Source: Akkermansia muciniphila (GTDB lineage: Bacteria > Bacillota > Clostridia > Oscillospirales > CAG-272). From it: 64,000 bases of DNA. Position numbers and translations under genes: made by a program. The stretch spans positions 11,602 to 75,601 of the forward strand of contig CAVDSZ010000009.1 in NCBI GenBank assembly GCA_963611795.1. The letters are read 5' to 3'. The notes below the pieces were generated by a model. It made no database searches, was not told the DNA's origin, and was given only the letters and a program-made list of their open reading frames with translations. How positions within the stretch are numbered: the stretch's first letter is position 1; every line of letters begins with the position of its first letter. Positions 17,585-25,551 of the stretch are shown one piece after another.

Positions 17585-18309
17585 TCATTGAAGGAATCAA
17601 TCAGTTTTCGTTTGGCGGTCGCCGTTCCTATGACGATATGGGTCTGATTATCACAGAACCCCCGGTTTTCACGTTCCCTGAACGGGATATTTCGTATATC
17701 GGAATTCCCGGAAAAAGCGGCGACCTGATCCGCGACAACGGAAGATACAAGAATATATCCGGAAGTTACAAAGTGGCAGTTGTGCGGGATGAATTCCTGC
17801 TGGAAACCATGATGACGGAAATCAGATCGTGGCTTGCCGGGAATATCGGGTATTCTGTATTGACAGACACCTACGATCCGCTTTATTACCGTATGGCACA
17901 GTTGGACGGGAAATTGAGTTTTACCGAGATTCTGCGGCAGATTGGGACAGGAACGGTGAAATTCAACTGCAAGCCCTACAAATACCGCATAGATGGTCGC
18001 CATGTGATAACGCTTGCGGGGGCCGGCGCAGTTTTCAACCCGGAACACGCCGAAAGCGCCCCGTACATCAAGATAACCGGAAGCGGAAATATCACGCTGA
18101 CAGTCAATCACGCTTCGTTCCCTTTTACGGATATTGACGGATATATTGAAATTGACAGCGACATCATGGCAGTGTACAAAGGAACGCTACTACAAAACGA
18201 AAAAGCTCACTTTACCGAATTTCCGAAATTCGGAGAGGGAGAAAACAACGTCAGCGTTCAAGGAAGCGTTGCCAAAATAGAAATTATTCCGAGGTGGTGC
18301 GCACTATGA
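17581..18309 (+). CDS. Distal tail protein (Dit, siphovirus tail family)
   Basis: 242 aa. The GTGA start overlaps the tape measure stop. Position is canonical, directly after the tape measure. Confidence 0.7.
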   Translation: MIIEGINQFSFGGRRSYDDMGLIITEPPVFTFPERDISYIGIPGKSGDLIRDNGRYKNISGSYKVAVVRDEFLLETMMTEIRSWLAGNIGYSVLTDTYDPLYYRMAQLDGKLSFTEILRQIGTGTVKFNCKPYKYRIDGRHVITLAGAGAVFNPEHAESAPYIKITGSGNITLTVNHASFPFTDIDGYIEIDSDIMAVYKGTLLQNEKAHFTEFPKFGEGENNVSVQGSVAKIEIIPRWCAL

Positions 18310-21300
18310 TTCCGATTTTGTACACGGCAAACGAAACTGATTTTTCGCACTGTGGAATCGGCGCACTTTCGGAAATGACTTCATGTACAGTTACGGAGGA
18401 ACGAAACGGCGCATTTGAATGCGAATTCAAATACCCTGTTGACGGAAAATTGTTCGCTGAAATACAGGAATCCCGTATTGTCAAGGCAAACCCGAACGAA
18501 ATGTCCGATCCACAGTTGTTCAGGATATACGCTTCATCAAAACCGATAAACGGCATTGTGACTTACCGAGCCGAACACATATCCTATGAATTAAGCGGCT
18601 ATCCTGTGGAAAGTGTTTCTGTTGAGAACGCCACGGCGCGCGCCGCCATGAATGCAATCCTGAACGCAACCTTGATTGCACACCGTTATACGGCACAAAG
18701 CGATATTGAATTACTGAAAAGTACAACGATTGACCGCAAATCCGCCCGTGCCGCATTGGGCGGCGTGGAAGGGTCTGTCCTGTCTCTTTGGGGTGGCGAG
18801 TTTGAATTTGATAACTTTACCGTAAAATTGCATAAGGCAAGAGGACGGAAAACCGGAATCAAAATTGCATACGGGAAAAACATTACCGACATCAAGCAGG
18901 AGGCAAGCGTCGCAGGCGTGTACACTGCGGTTTACCCTTATGCAAAATACACCACGCAGCCGACGGATGGACAGACCGAACCGGAGGAAATCACGGTTTC
19001 ACTGCCTGAAAAAATCCTGTATTCACAGAAAGCGTCAAAAGCCGCCGGGGAGCGGGTTTGTATCAAAGATTTTTCCGAGAGTTTCAACGGGGCAACAGAA
19101 ATCACGGTCGAACAGCTTCGCACAAAGGCTCAAAATTGGGTAGAAACAAGCGGCTTTGATGTGCCGTCGGTCAATATTACAGTTTCTTTTGAAAATCTGT
19201 GGCAAAGCCCTGAATACGAACAATACGCACTTTTGGAGCGGTGCGGGCTGTGCGATACGGTTTCCGTGGAATTTCCGGCACTGAATATTTCCACCACGGC
19301 AAAAATCATCAAGACAAAATATGATGTTTTGAGTGAAAAATATCTGCAAATTACGCTTGGCAGCGCGCGGGCGAACTTCGCTGACACAGTGAAAGACACA
19401 TCGGCGGCAATCGAGCAGACAAAGCAGGAAATCAAGCAATCATCCGCCAAAGTGGAAGTCGATTTCAAAAAAGCCATTGACGACGCAACAAAGGCGATCA
19501 CTGGGCAAAGCGGCGGCTATGTGGTTTTGAACCCTGCAAAGAATCCGCAGGAAATCCTGATTATGGATGCGCCGACCATTGCGGCGGCAAAGCGCGTTTG
19601 GCGTTGGAATAGCGGCGGTCTTGGCTATTCCAAAAACGGCTACAACGGGCCGTTTGAAACTGCGATCACACAGGACGGTGCAATTGTTGCTGATTTTATC
19701 ACAGTCGGACAAATTGCAACGGCGCGTCTTGACGTGCAAGACATCATACGGACAGGTGAAATCGCCGTACTTGGTGATGTTACTGTGGAAACGGAACGTG
19801 CCACAAAGGAAGAAGGTGCGCTGTCCTCCCGCATTACGGCAAATGCAACGGGAATCACCGCCGAGGTAAGCCGCGCGACCGACGCGGAAGGTGCGCTGTC
19901 GTCCCGCATTACCGCAAATGCAACGGAAATCACCGCCGAGGTAAACCGCGCAACCGACGCGGAAGGCACGCTGTCATCCCGCATTACTGCCAACGCAACG
20001 GAAATCACCGCCGAGGTAAGCCGTGCGACCGACGCAGAGGGTGCGCTGTCATCCCGCATTACGGCAAACGCAACGGAAATTGCCGCGAAAGTCAGTACGA
20101 CAGGCGGCGCGGCTTCGTCGTTCGCGTGGTCGCTGACCACATCCGGTTTTGTTCTGACATCCAACAATACCGAGGTTATGAAAGTAACTTCAAGCGGATT
20201 GAACATCACGGGGCGTATTACCTCCACGAGCGGAACGATCGGTGGCTGGATAATCTCAAGCACGGAAATATACAAAGGTTCTGTCGGAATCAATGCAAGC
20301 AATGAGCACACCAAAAATTCGCTTGTCACAACAGGCACATCACCCGTCCGCTTTTATGCCGGGAACGGCGACCGGATAAACGGGAAATTTGTTGTACTGG
20401 ATGATGGCTCTTTGTACGCTTCGGCGGCAAAGATTGAGGGAACGATCACGGCAAACAGCGGAAGTTTCAGCAACTGCACGATTGATGAAACCTGCACGAT
20501 CAAAGGGACATTGACGGCGGACACGATTTGCAACAATGACAAATCCATGCAGGCGGAGGGTTCTATAAATTTTGTCGGTTCGGGCAATACATCGTTGGCG
20601 CAGTATAATATGCGGATCGTTGACAAAAACAGTAGCATGATGAGAGCGTCCTGCTCAGTGTCGGATTCTTCCGGGCTTATGTCAGCGGCGCTGACCTGTA
20701 CATATAAATACACCCTTTCTGGAACGACCGCATACGGAACATGCGGGATTTCCGCAACAGGTGAACTTTGTTCCATTACAGGGCATTATATCGGAATTAC
20801 AGCCGACAAGAGCGGATCGGACTATATCAAGCTGGACGCGACCAGTGTTACGGTAACGGGAAGTTCAACATTTACCGGAAGCGCAACATTTCTTCAATCG
20901 AATTCTTCACAAGGGTTCTTTATTCGCCATAATTACACCGTACAACTGCCAGCAGGCGGAGGATATGCGTTTTTGCAGATGTACACCAAAACCAACCTTG
21001 CCGTTTCACATTACATGGATTATGACGCAGGGCGGTATATGGTGTATTCGTGGAACTACACAATCGGTATCGGTTCTTCAAGCGGTTCAAATCAGCTATA
21101 CGGGACGTGGTATTGTAACGGGTCAGTGATAAACAGTTCCGACCGGAACGCAAAAAACAGCATTGCAGACATTGACGAGAAATACGACACGTTGTTCGAC
21201 GGTTTGCGGGCAAGATTGTATAGGTATAACGACGGCACTTCCGGCAGGCTTCACAGCGGATTTGTGGCGCAGGAAGTGGAAGAAGCCATGCAAGCGGCAA

Positions 21301-21485
21301 ATGTCCCGACAAGCGATTTTGCGGCGTTCTGCGTGGATGGCGCAGGGACAGACAAAGAGCGGTGCGGGCTTCGCTACGAAGAATTTGTGTCGTTGAACAC
21401 ATGGCAAATTCAGAAACTGAAAGCACATTTGCGGGAGGTGGAAAACCGCCTTGCAATACTGGAAAAAACAGAAACAGGAGGATGA
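18306..21485 (+). CDS. Tail-associated / tail fibre protein (Tal-like) with a C-terminal S74 intramolecular chaperone auto-processing domain
   Basis: The start was moved to ATG 18306 (MIPILYTANETDFSHCGIG, typical of the phage minor structural / prophage tail endopeptidase N-terminus). The C-terminus SSDRNAKNSIADI...LYRYNDG...HSGFVAQEVEEAM...RYEEFVSLNTWQIQKL matches the Peptidase_S74 chaperone domain (about 21130-21485). Confidence 0.8.
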   Translation: MIPILYTANETDFSHCGIGALSEMTSCTVTEERNGAFECEFKYPVDGKLFAEIQESRIVKANPNEMSDPQLFRIYASSKPINGIVTYRAEHISYELSGYPVESVSVENATARAAMNAILNATLIAHRYTAQSDIELLKSTTIDRKSARAALGGVEGSVLSLWGGEFEFDNFTVKLHKARGRKTGIKIAYGKNITDIKQEASVAGVYTAVYPYAKYTTQPTDGQTEPEEITVSLPEKILYSQKASKAAGERVCIKDFSESFNGATEITVEQLRTKAQNWVETSGFDVPSVNITVSFENLWQSPEYEQYALLERCGLCDTVSVEFPALNISTTAKIIKTKYDVLSEKYLQITLGSARANFADTVKDTSAAIEQTKQEIKQSSAKVEVDFKKAIDDATKAITGQSGGYVVLNPAKNPQEILIMDAPTIAAAKRVWRWNSGGLGYSKNGYNGPFETAITQDGAIVADFITVGQIATARLDVQDIIRTGEIAVLGDVTVETERATKEEGALSSRITANATGITAEVSRATDAEGALSSRITANATEITAEVNRATDAEGTLSSRITANATEITAEVSRATDAEGALSSRITANATEIAAKVSTTGGAASSFAWSLTTSGFVLTSNNTEVMKVTSSGLNITGRITSTSGTIGGWIISSTEIYKGSVGINASNEHTKNSLVTTGTSPVRFYAGNGDRINGKFVVLDDGSLYASAAKIEGTITANSGSFSNCTIDETCTIKGTLTADTICNNDKSMQAEGSINFVGSGNTSLAQYNMRIVDKNSSMMRASCSVSDSSGLMSAALTCTYKYTLSGTTAYGTCGISATGELCSITGHYIGITADKSGSDYIKLDATSVTVTGSSTFTGSATFLQSNSSQGFFIRHNYTVQLPAGGGYAFLQMYTKTNLAVSHYMDYDAGRYMVYSWNYTIGIGSSSGSNQLYGTWYCNGSVINSSDRNAKNSIADIDEKYDTLFDGLRARLYRYNDGTSGRLHSGFVAQEVEEAMQAANVPTSDFAAFCVDGAGTDKERCGLRYEEFVSLNTWQIQKLKAHLREVENRLAILEKTETGG
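19812..20093 (+). repeat. 75-bp (25-aa) near-perfect tandem repeat, about 3.75 copies, in frame within Tal
   Basis: The unit EGALSSRITANATEITAEVSRATDA starts at 19812, 19887, 19962 and 20037. Only a few silent or conservative differences separate the copies. Confidence 0.9.
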
Positions 21486-21489
21486 AGCA

Positions 21490-21726
21490 ATGAACGAAGC
21501 AAAAAAGCCGCTTGTGCTGGAAATCGACGAAGCGGAGAAAGAAACGGTGAAAGCGGTCAATGAGATTATGGCACGTCATAGTCTGCCTTGCAGTTTCTAT
21601 GAACCGATTATTGCGGAGATTCACAGGCAACTGCGAGAGGGCAAGAAAAACGAACTGTCAGCCGCTACCGAACAGTACCGGGCGGAATGCGAACAAGTAC
21701 ACGCCGACGGAAAAACGGAGGAATAA
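21490..21726 (+). CDS. Hypothetical small phage protein (78 aa)
   Basis: ORF 21451..21726. The start was moved to ATG 21490 (MNEAKK) after a GGAGGA RBS. It lies between the Tal and RBP genes. Confidence 0.5.
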   Translation: MNEAKKPLVLEIDEAEKETVKAVNEIMARHSLPCSFYEPIIAEIHRQLREGKKNELSAATEQYRAECEQVHADGKTEE

Positions 21727-21729
21727 TCA

Positions 21730-23988
21730 ATGGAGTACATCAAGGAAATCTGCGCCGATTTTTCAGGCGAGGGACTGTTTGACTATATCACCGCAGTGCA
21801 AGGCGACAGTGCGCGCGGTGTCCGGATCAAAATTATTGCAAACAATCAGCGGTATATCCCTGAATCAGGGGCAAGCGCCGTTCTCCGGGCAAAGAAACCG
21901 GACGGAACATACATTCTGAACGATGGCGCAATCGAGGACGGCGGAACAATAAAGGCAATGTTCAGCGAACAGATGACCGCCGCTGTCGGAAACTGCCGCT
22001 GTGAACTGACGCTTTACGGCGCAAACGGCGGAACGCTTACAACCGTGAAATTCATCCTGAAGGTGTCCCCTGCGTCCCTTGCACCGGACATCGAAAGCAA
22101 AGACGAATTTCAATCGCTGGAAAATGCACTTACCGACGTGAAAAAATCAAGCGGCATTGCGCAGGCGGCGTTGGAAGCAGCAACGGAAGCGCTGGAAAAG
22201 ACGGGAGAAGTGGAGGCAGAAATCGCTTCCCACATTACGGCGGCAGAACAGGCAACCACTGCCGCAAACGCGGCAGCTGCCAATGCCAACGAAAAAGCGT
22301 CTGCCGCCAACACGGCGGCAGGAACTGCCAACACCGCCGCACAAAATGCGAACAAGAAGGCGGCAGCGGCAAACACTGCGGCGAATGCGGCAAATACCGC
22401 AGCGCAGAACGCAGGCGATAAAGCAACCGCCGCCGATACCGCCGCAGGAACGGCGAACACTGCGGCACAAAATGCAAACAGCAAAGCAAGTGCCGCCAAT
22501 ACCGCTGCAACCAGCGCAACGACCGCCGCAGAACGGGCAAACGCCGCAGCGGAGCAGGCGGAGGAAATCGTCAGGACGGCAGAAGGCATTATTACCCGCT
22601 ACGGCGTACACTTCGGCGGAGCGGCAAACACGGGCGAAACCGTTTCCCGCTTGTATAATGCTGTGGGACTTGTGGCAGGCGTGGGAACAGATACAGAAGC
22701 CCCGCAAAACGACTTTGACAACATCTTCCCATGGAATGCGCGCCGCCGCTGTTGCGGTTATTGGGACGAAAACGGAAACTTTGTTGTAAATGCCTACAAG
22801 GGTGAACCGGGCTATGCCGAGGACGGAACAAACGGTGAAGTATGGATAGAACATTCCCTGTTCTATTTCAAACACGAATACGGCGGGACTGATGAAACAA
22901 TCGTCATTTCTGCGACCAAACTTGCGGGATTTGAGCCTGCGCCGATCTTCCAAAAGAACGGCAACAAAGACGCCCCGTATCAAAAGGCATATACCCCGGC
23001 ATTTCCGATGGCAACCGTGGACAACAAACCGACTTCCCGCGCGGGTGTGTTCTCCGGTCTGTATTCGTTGAATTCGGCAATGACAGACGCAAGGAAGGCA
23101 GGCGCAAACTACACGACCACAACCGCCGCAGAGCAATACACGGAATGCCTGTATATGTGGGTGGAATTTGCTACACGCAATTTGCAAAGCGTAATGGTAG
23201 GCGCAACGGGTATGCCGTACACTGACGGCGGCACGGCGACCGTGGCGGAAACGGGCGTAAACCGCATTATTGTTTCAAATGCCGTTGCTGCAAAATATGT
23301 TGTCGGTCAGACAATCGGTATTGGCGCTTCGCTTGGTTCGACTGCGATTGCAAATAACCGCATTGTAACGGCAATCGAGACATACGACGACGCGAACAAA
23401 GCAATTTCTTTTGACGGCGCGGCGGTCAATATTGCCGTCGGCAATATCATTTTCACACTGGCATGGAAAAACGGTTCTTGTGCGTCCGTCATTGCTTCGA
23501 GCGGTTCACCCGTATCAAATACAAGCGGCAAATATAATTGCGTGTACCGTGGGAAAGAAACACCATATGGAAATTCCTTTGAATGGATTTCGGATATTCT
23601 TTTGAAACGAGAGGGAGCGGGGACGGAAGAAAGCCCCTACACCTACACACCGCAGTACCTGCCGGACGCAACAAAATACGCAAACGGTACAATCACGGAA
23701 GATTATGTGCCGATGAACTTCAAACTGCCGACCGCAGACGGATATGTAAAAAGGCTTGGAATTGACAGTCGTTTCCCGTGGGCGCGCCTGCCCTGCGAAA
23801 CCGGGGCCGGCTCTACCACGTATTACAGCGACTATTACTATTTTCCGCGCTATGCGACGTGCGCGGCGCGTGTCGGCGGCTACTGGTACACCGGGTCGCC
23901 CGCTGGCCCGTGCTACTGGTGCTGCGACACCGCCCCTTCGGGCACGAGTGTGGACTTTCGTGCGCGCCTTTCTTACCACCGGAATTAA
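21730..23988 (+). CDS. Receptor-binding / tail fibre protein with a BppU-like N-terminus and a C-terminal DGR variable region (DGR target protein)
   Basis: The N-terminus MEYIKEICADFSGEGLFDYITAVQGDSARGVRIKI resembles the baseplate upper protein (BppU) N-domain. An Ala/Asn-rich heptad stalk follows. The last ~40 aa (VGGYWYTGSPAGPCYWCCDTAPSGTSVDFRARL) are the VR copy of the downstream template repeat and are typical of C-type-lectin-fold DGR targets. Confidence 0.85.
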   Translation: MEYIKEICADFSGEGLFDYITAVQGDSARGVRIKIIANNQRYIPESGASAVLRAKKPDGTYILNDGAIEDGGTIKAMFSEQMTAAVGNCRCELTLYGANGGTLTTVKFILKVSPASLAPDIESKDEFQSLENALTDVKKSSGIAQAALEAATEALEKTGEVEAEIASHITAAEQATTAANAAAANANEKASAANTAAGTANTAAQNANKKAAAANTAANAANTAAQNAGDKATAADTAAGTANTAAQNANSKASAANTAATSATTAAERANAAAEQAEEIVRTAEGIITRYGVHFGGAANTGETVSRLYNAVGLVAGVGTDTEAPQNDFDNIFPWNARRRCCGYWDENGNFVVNAYKGEPGYAEDGTNGEVWIEHSLFYFKHEYGGTDETIVISATKLAGFEPAPIFQKNGNKDAPYQKAYTPAFPMATVDNKPTSRAGVFSGLYSLNSAMTDARKAGANYTTTTAAEQYTECLYMWVEFATRNLQSVMVGATGMPYTDGGTATVAETGVNRIIVSNAVAAKYVVGQTIGIGASLGSTAIANNRIVTAIETYDDANKAISFDGAAVNIAVGNIIFTLAWKNGSCASVIASSGSPVSNTSGKYNCVYRGKETPYGNSFEWISDILLKREGAGTEESPYTYTPQYLPDATKYANGTITEDYVPMNFKLPTADGYVKRLGIDSRFPWARLPCETGAGSTTYYSDYYYFPRYATCAARVGGYWYTGSPAGPCYWCCDTAPSGTSVDFRARLSYHRN
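22237..22566 (+). repeat. Ala/Asn/Thr-rich heptad repeats (xANTAAx) encoding a predicted coiled-coil stalk in the RBP
   Basis: AANTAAG TANTAAQ NANKKAA AANTAAN AANTAAQ NAGDKAT AADTAAG TANTAAQ NANSKAS AANTAAT has 7-residue periodicity. The low-complexity GC-rich DNA produces several long spurious ORFs on other frames and on the opposite strand. Confidence 0.8.
23858..23975 (+). repeat. DGR variable repeat (VR), at the 3' end of the RBP gene
   Basis: A gap-free 118-bp alignment to 24037-24154 has 105 identities and 13 mismatches. Every mismatch lies opposite an adenine in the TR copy. Confidence 0.92.
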
Positions 23989-23996
23989 CGGGGGTT

Positions 23997-24015
23997 TGGG
24001 GGCGGTCAGCCCCCA
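23997..24015 (+). promoter_or_regulatory. GC-rich hairpin 3' of VR (candidate DGR target-recognition hairpin/cruciform)
   Basis: TGGGGGC (23997-24003), loop GGTCA, GCCCCCA (24009-24015): a perfect 7-bp stem. It lies 22 nt after the end of VR/TR homology. No U-run follows, so it is not a canonical terminator. Confidence 0.6.
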
Positions 24016-24036
24016 TTGCATAGGGATATAATGTGC

Positions 24037-24154
24037 CGTGCGCGGCGCGTGTCGGCGGCAACTGGAACAACGGGTCGAACGCTGGCCCGTGCTACTGGAA
24101 CTGCAACAACGCCCCTTCGGACACGAGTGTGAACTATCGTGCGCGCCATTCTTA
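24037..24154 (+). repeat. DGR template repeat (TR)
   Basis: Non-coding copy of VR. It contains 23 adenines including 8 AAC codons in the VR reading frame. The apparent ORF 24033..24272 is simply this repeat read in frame. Confidence 0.92.
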
Positions 24155-24288
24155 TAGCAACACAACCAAAACGGGAAAACCTTTGCACATTATATTCCTT
24201 GCCGCTTGGCAAAAATTGTTGCTACGGCGGGGTTTAGTAAGCGTTCGTCGCCCAACGACCCCGAAACTATAAGAAAGGAACTGTAAAA

Positions 24289-25551
24289 ATGAAATCTTTT
24301 CATATAGACCGTAATATGAAAGACAAGGTTAAAATACGCCTTGCAATCGAAAAAGTATGTAAAAGCAAAAAGAAGCGAAACGGACGACCGACGAAGAAAT
24401 ACCGTCAGGCGCAGAAAATTCTTGCAAATATTGACCGCTACACGGATTTGATTCATACGATTGTCTGCGAAACCGAGGAAAAAGAACGGGCAATCAAAAG
24501 CGGGACATACCGTGACGGTGATTTTCCGAATGCTTTTGTTCCACACATTTCCGGTTCATTTACCCGCAAGTGTGAAAACGGGAAGGTTCGCGTCATTACA
24601 AGCGTCCCGGTCTTTCCGGATCAGATCATTCACCAGCTTGTCATCAAGTCTGCGGAAAGCGTTTTTATGCGCGGGATGTACCGCTTTTCCTGCGGGTCAA
24701 TTCCAAAGCGAGGGGTTCACAAGGGAAAGCAATACTTGGAACGCTATATCGGCAGAAACAGGCGCAGCAGTGCAATCAAATATGCGGCGCAGTTAGACAT
24801 CCGGAAATGCTATCCGCATATACGGCACGATGTTTTGAAGGAAATGTTGCGTCGAAAATTCCGTGGCAGTCTGTTCCTTTGCTTCTGCTTCTCTATTATC
24901 GACAGTTGCAGCGAAAAGGACGCACCCGGCGTTGGGCTTCCAATCGGCTTCTATACTTCGCAGTGGTTTTGCAATTTTCTTCTGACACCGCTTGATACAT
25001 ATATCAAGCAGGAATTAAAGGTCAAATGTCATGTGCGGTATGTGGATGACATGACGATGTTTTCCAACAACAAGAAGAAACTTCATCGGATTGTTGATTG
25101 TATTATAGAAAAAGCCGCTTCCATGGGGCTTCAAATCAAAGACAACTGGCAAGTGTTCCGGTTCGATCACATTGTGGGATTCCGGGTAAACCCAAAGACG
25201 GGAAAGCAAGAAGAAATCCACAAAGGGCGTGCAATCGACACTTTGGGATTCCGGTTCTTCCGGAACAAAACGATATTGAGAAAGAGGAATGCGCTTTCCA
25301 TTCGTCGCTGTGCGGCACGTCTTGCCAAAGCAAAGAGAATCACGCCACACCGGGCGCGTTCGTTCATGTCAAAAATCGGAGCATTGAAGCACTGCAATTC
25401 CCGGAACTTTTGGCGGAAATACGTCAAGCCGCTTGTAAAAATCAAAAAGTTAAAGGAGATCATCAGAAATGAGGACAGAAAGCAACATCAAACCCGAAGT
25501 GCTGGCGGTGGAAGAATGCGCACAGGGGCTTGCAGAAATTGTTTTGCGTGA
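24289..25551 (+). CDS. DGR-type reverse transcriptase
   Basis: QLDIRKCYPHIRHD (Asp-containing motif A-like), LPIGFYTSQWFCNF (the [I/L/V]GxxxSQ motif characteristic of DGR RTs, nt 24943-24963) and RYVDDMTMF (YxDD catalytic motif, nt 25039-25050). It lies 134 nt downstream of TR. Confidence 0.9.
   Translation: MKSFHIDRNMKDKVKIRLAIEKVCKSKKKRNGRPTKKYRQAQKILANIDRYTDLIHTIVCETEEKERAIKSGTYRDGDFPNAFVPHISGSFTRKCENGKVRVITSVPVFPDQIIHQLVIKSAESVFMRGMYRFSCGSIPKRGVHKGKQYLERYIGRNRRSSAIKYAAQLDIRKCYPHIRHDVLKEMLRRKFRGSLFLCFCFSIIDSCSEKDAPGVGLPIGFYTSQWFCNFLLTPLDTYIKQELKVKCHVRYVDDMTMFSNNKKKLHRIVDCIIEKAASMGLQIKDNWQVFRFDHIVGFRVNPKTGKQEEIHKGRAIDTLGFRFFRNKTILRKRNALSIRRCAARLAKAKRITPHRARSFMSKIGALKHCNSRNFWRKYVKPLVKIKKLKEIIRNEDRKQHQTRSAGGGRMRTGACRNCFA

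Larger units (their letters stand above)
23858..25551 (+). mobile_element. Diversity-generating retroelement (DGR) cassette: VR - hairpin - TR - spacer - reverse transcriptase
   Basis: A 118-bp VR/TR pair differs only at TR adenines. It is immediately followed by an RT with DGR-type motifs. See the individual features. Confidence 0.9.

Noticed and set aside
16210-20093. Repetitive DNA considered as a possible CRISPR array or satellite
   Set aside because: The repeats are contiguous with no unique spacers and are in frame. They translate into the tape measure 44-aa units and the Tal 25-aa units. No CRISPR-like repeat-spacer architecture exists anywhere in the window.
22110-23187. Cluster of overlapping ORFs rich in Ala/Arg/Cys (22110..22589 -, 22147..23187 -, 22157..22789 +, 22235..22540 -)
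   Set aside because: They are artefacts of the GCN-rich heptad repeat region of the receptor-binding protein. Only the 21730..23988 frame has a coherent domain structure.
24033-24272. 79-aa ORF in the track (MPCAARVGGNWNNGSNAGPCYWNCNNAPSDTSVNYRARHSY...)
   Set aside because: This is the DGR template repeat read in the same frame as VR. There is no RBS. The ORF starts inside the repeat, and its Asn-rich content simply reflects the AAC-rich TR. It is annotated as TR, not as a CDS.
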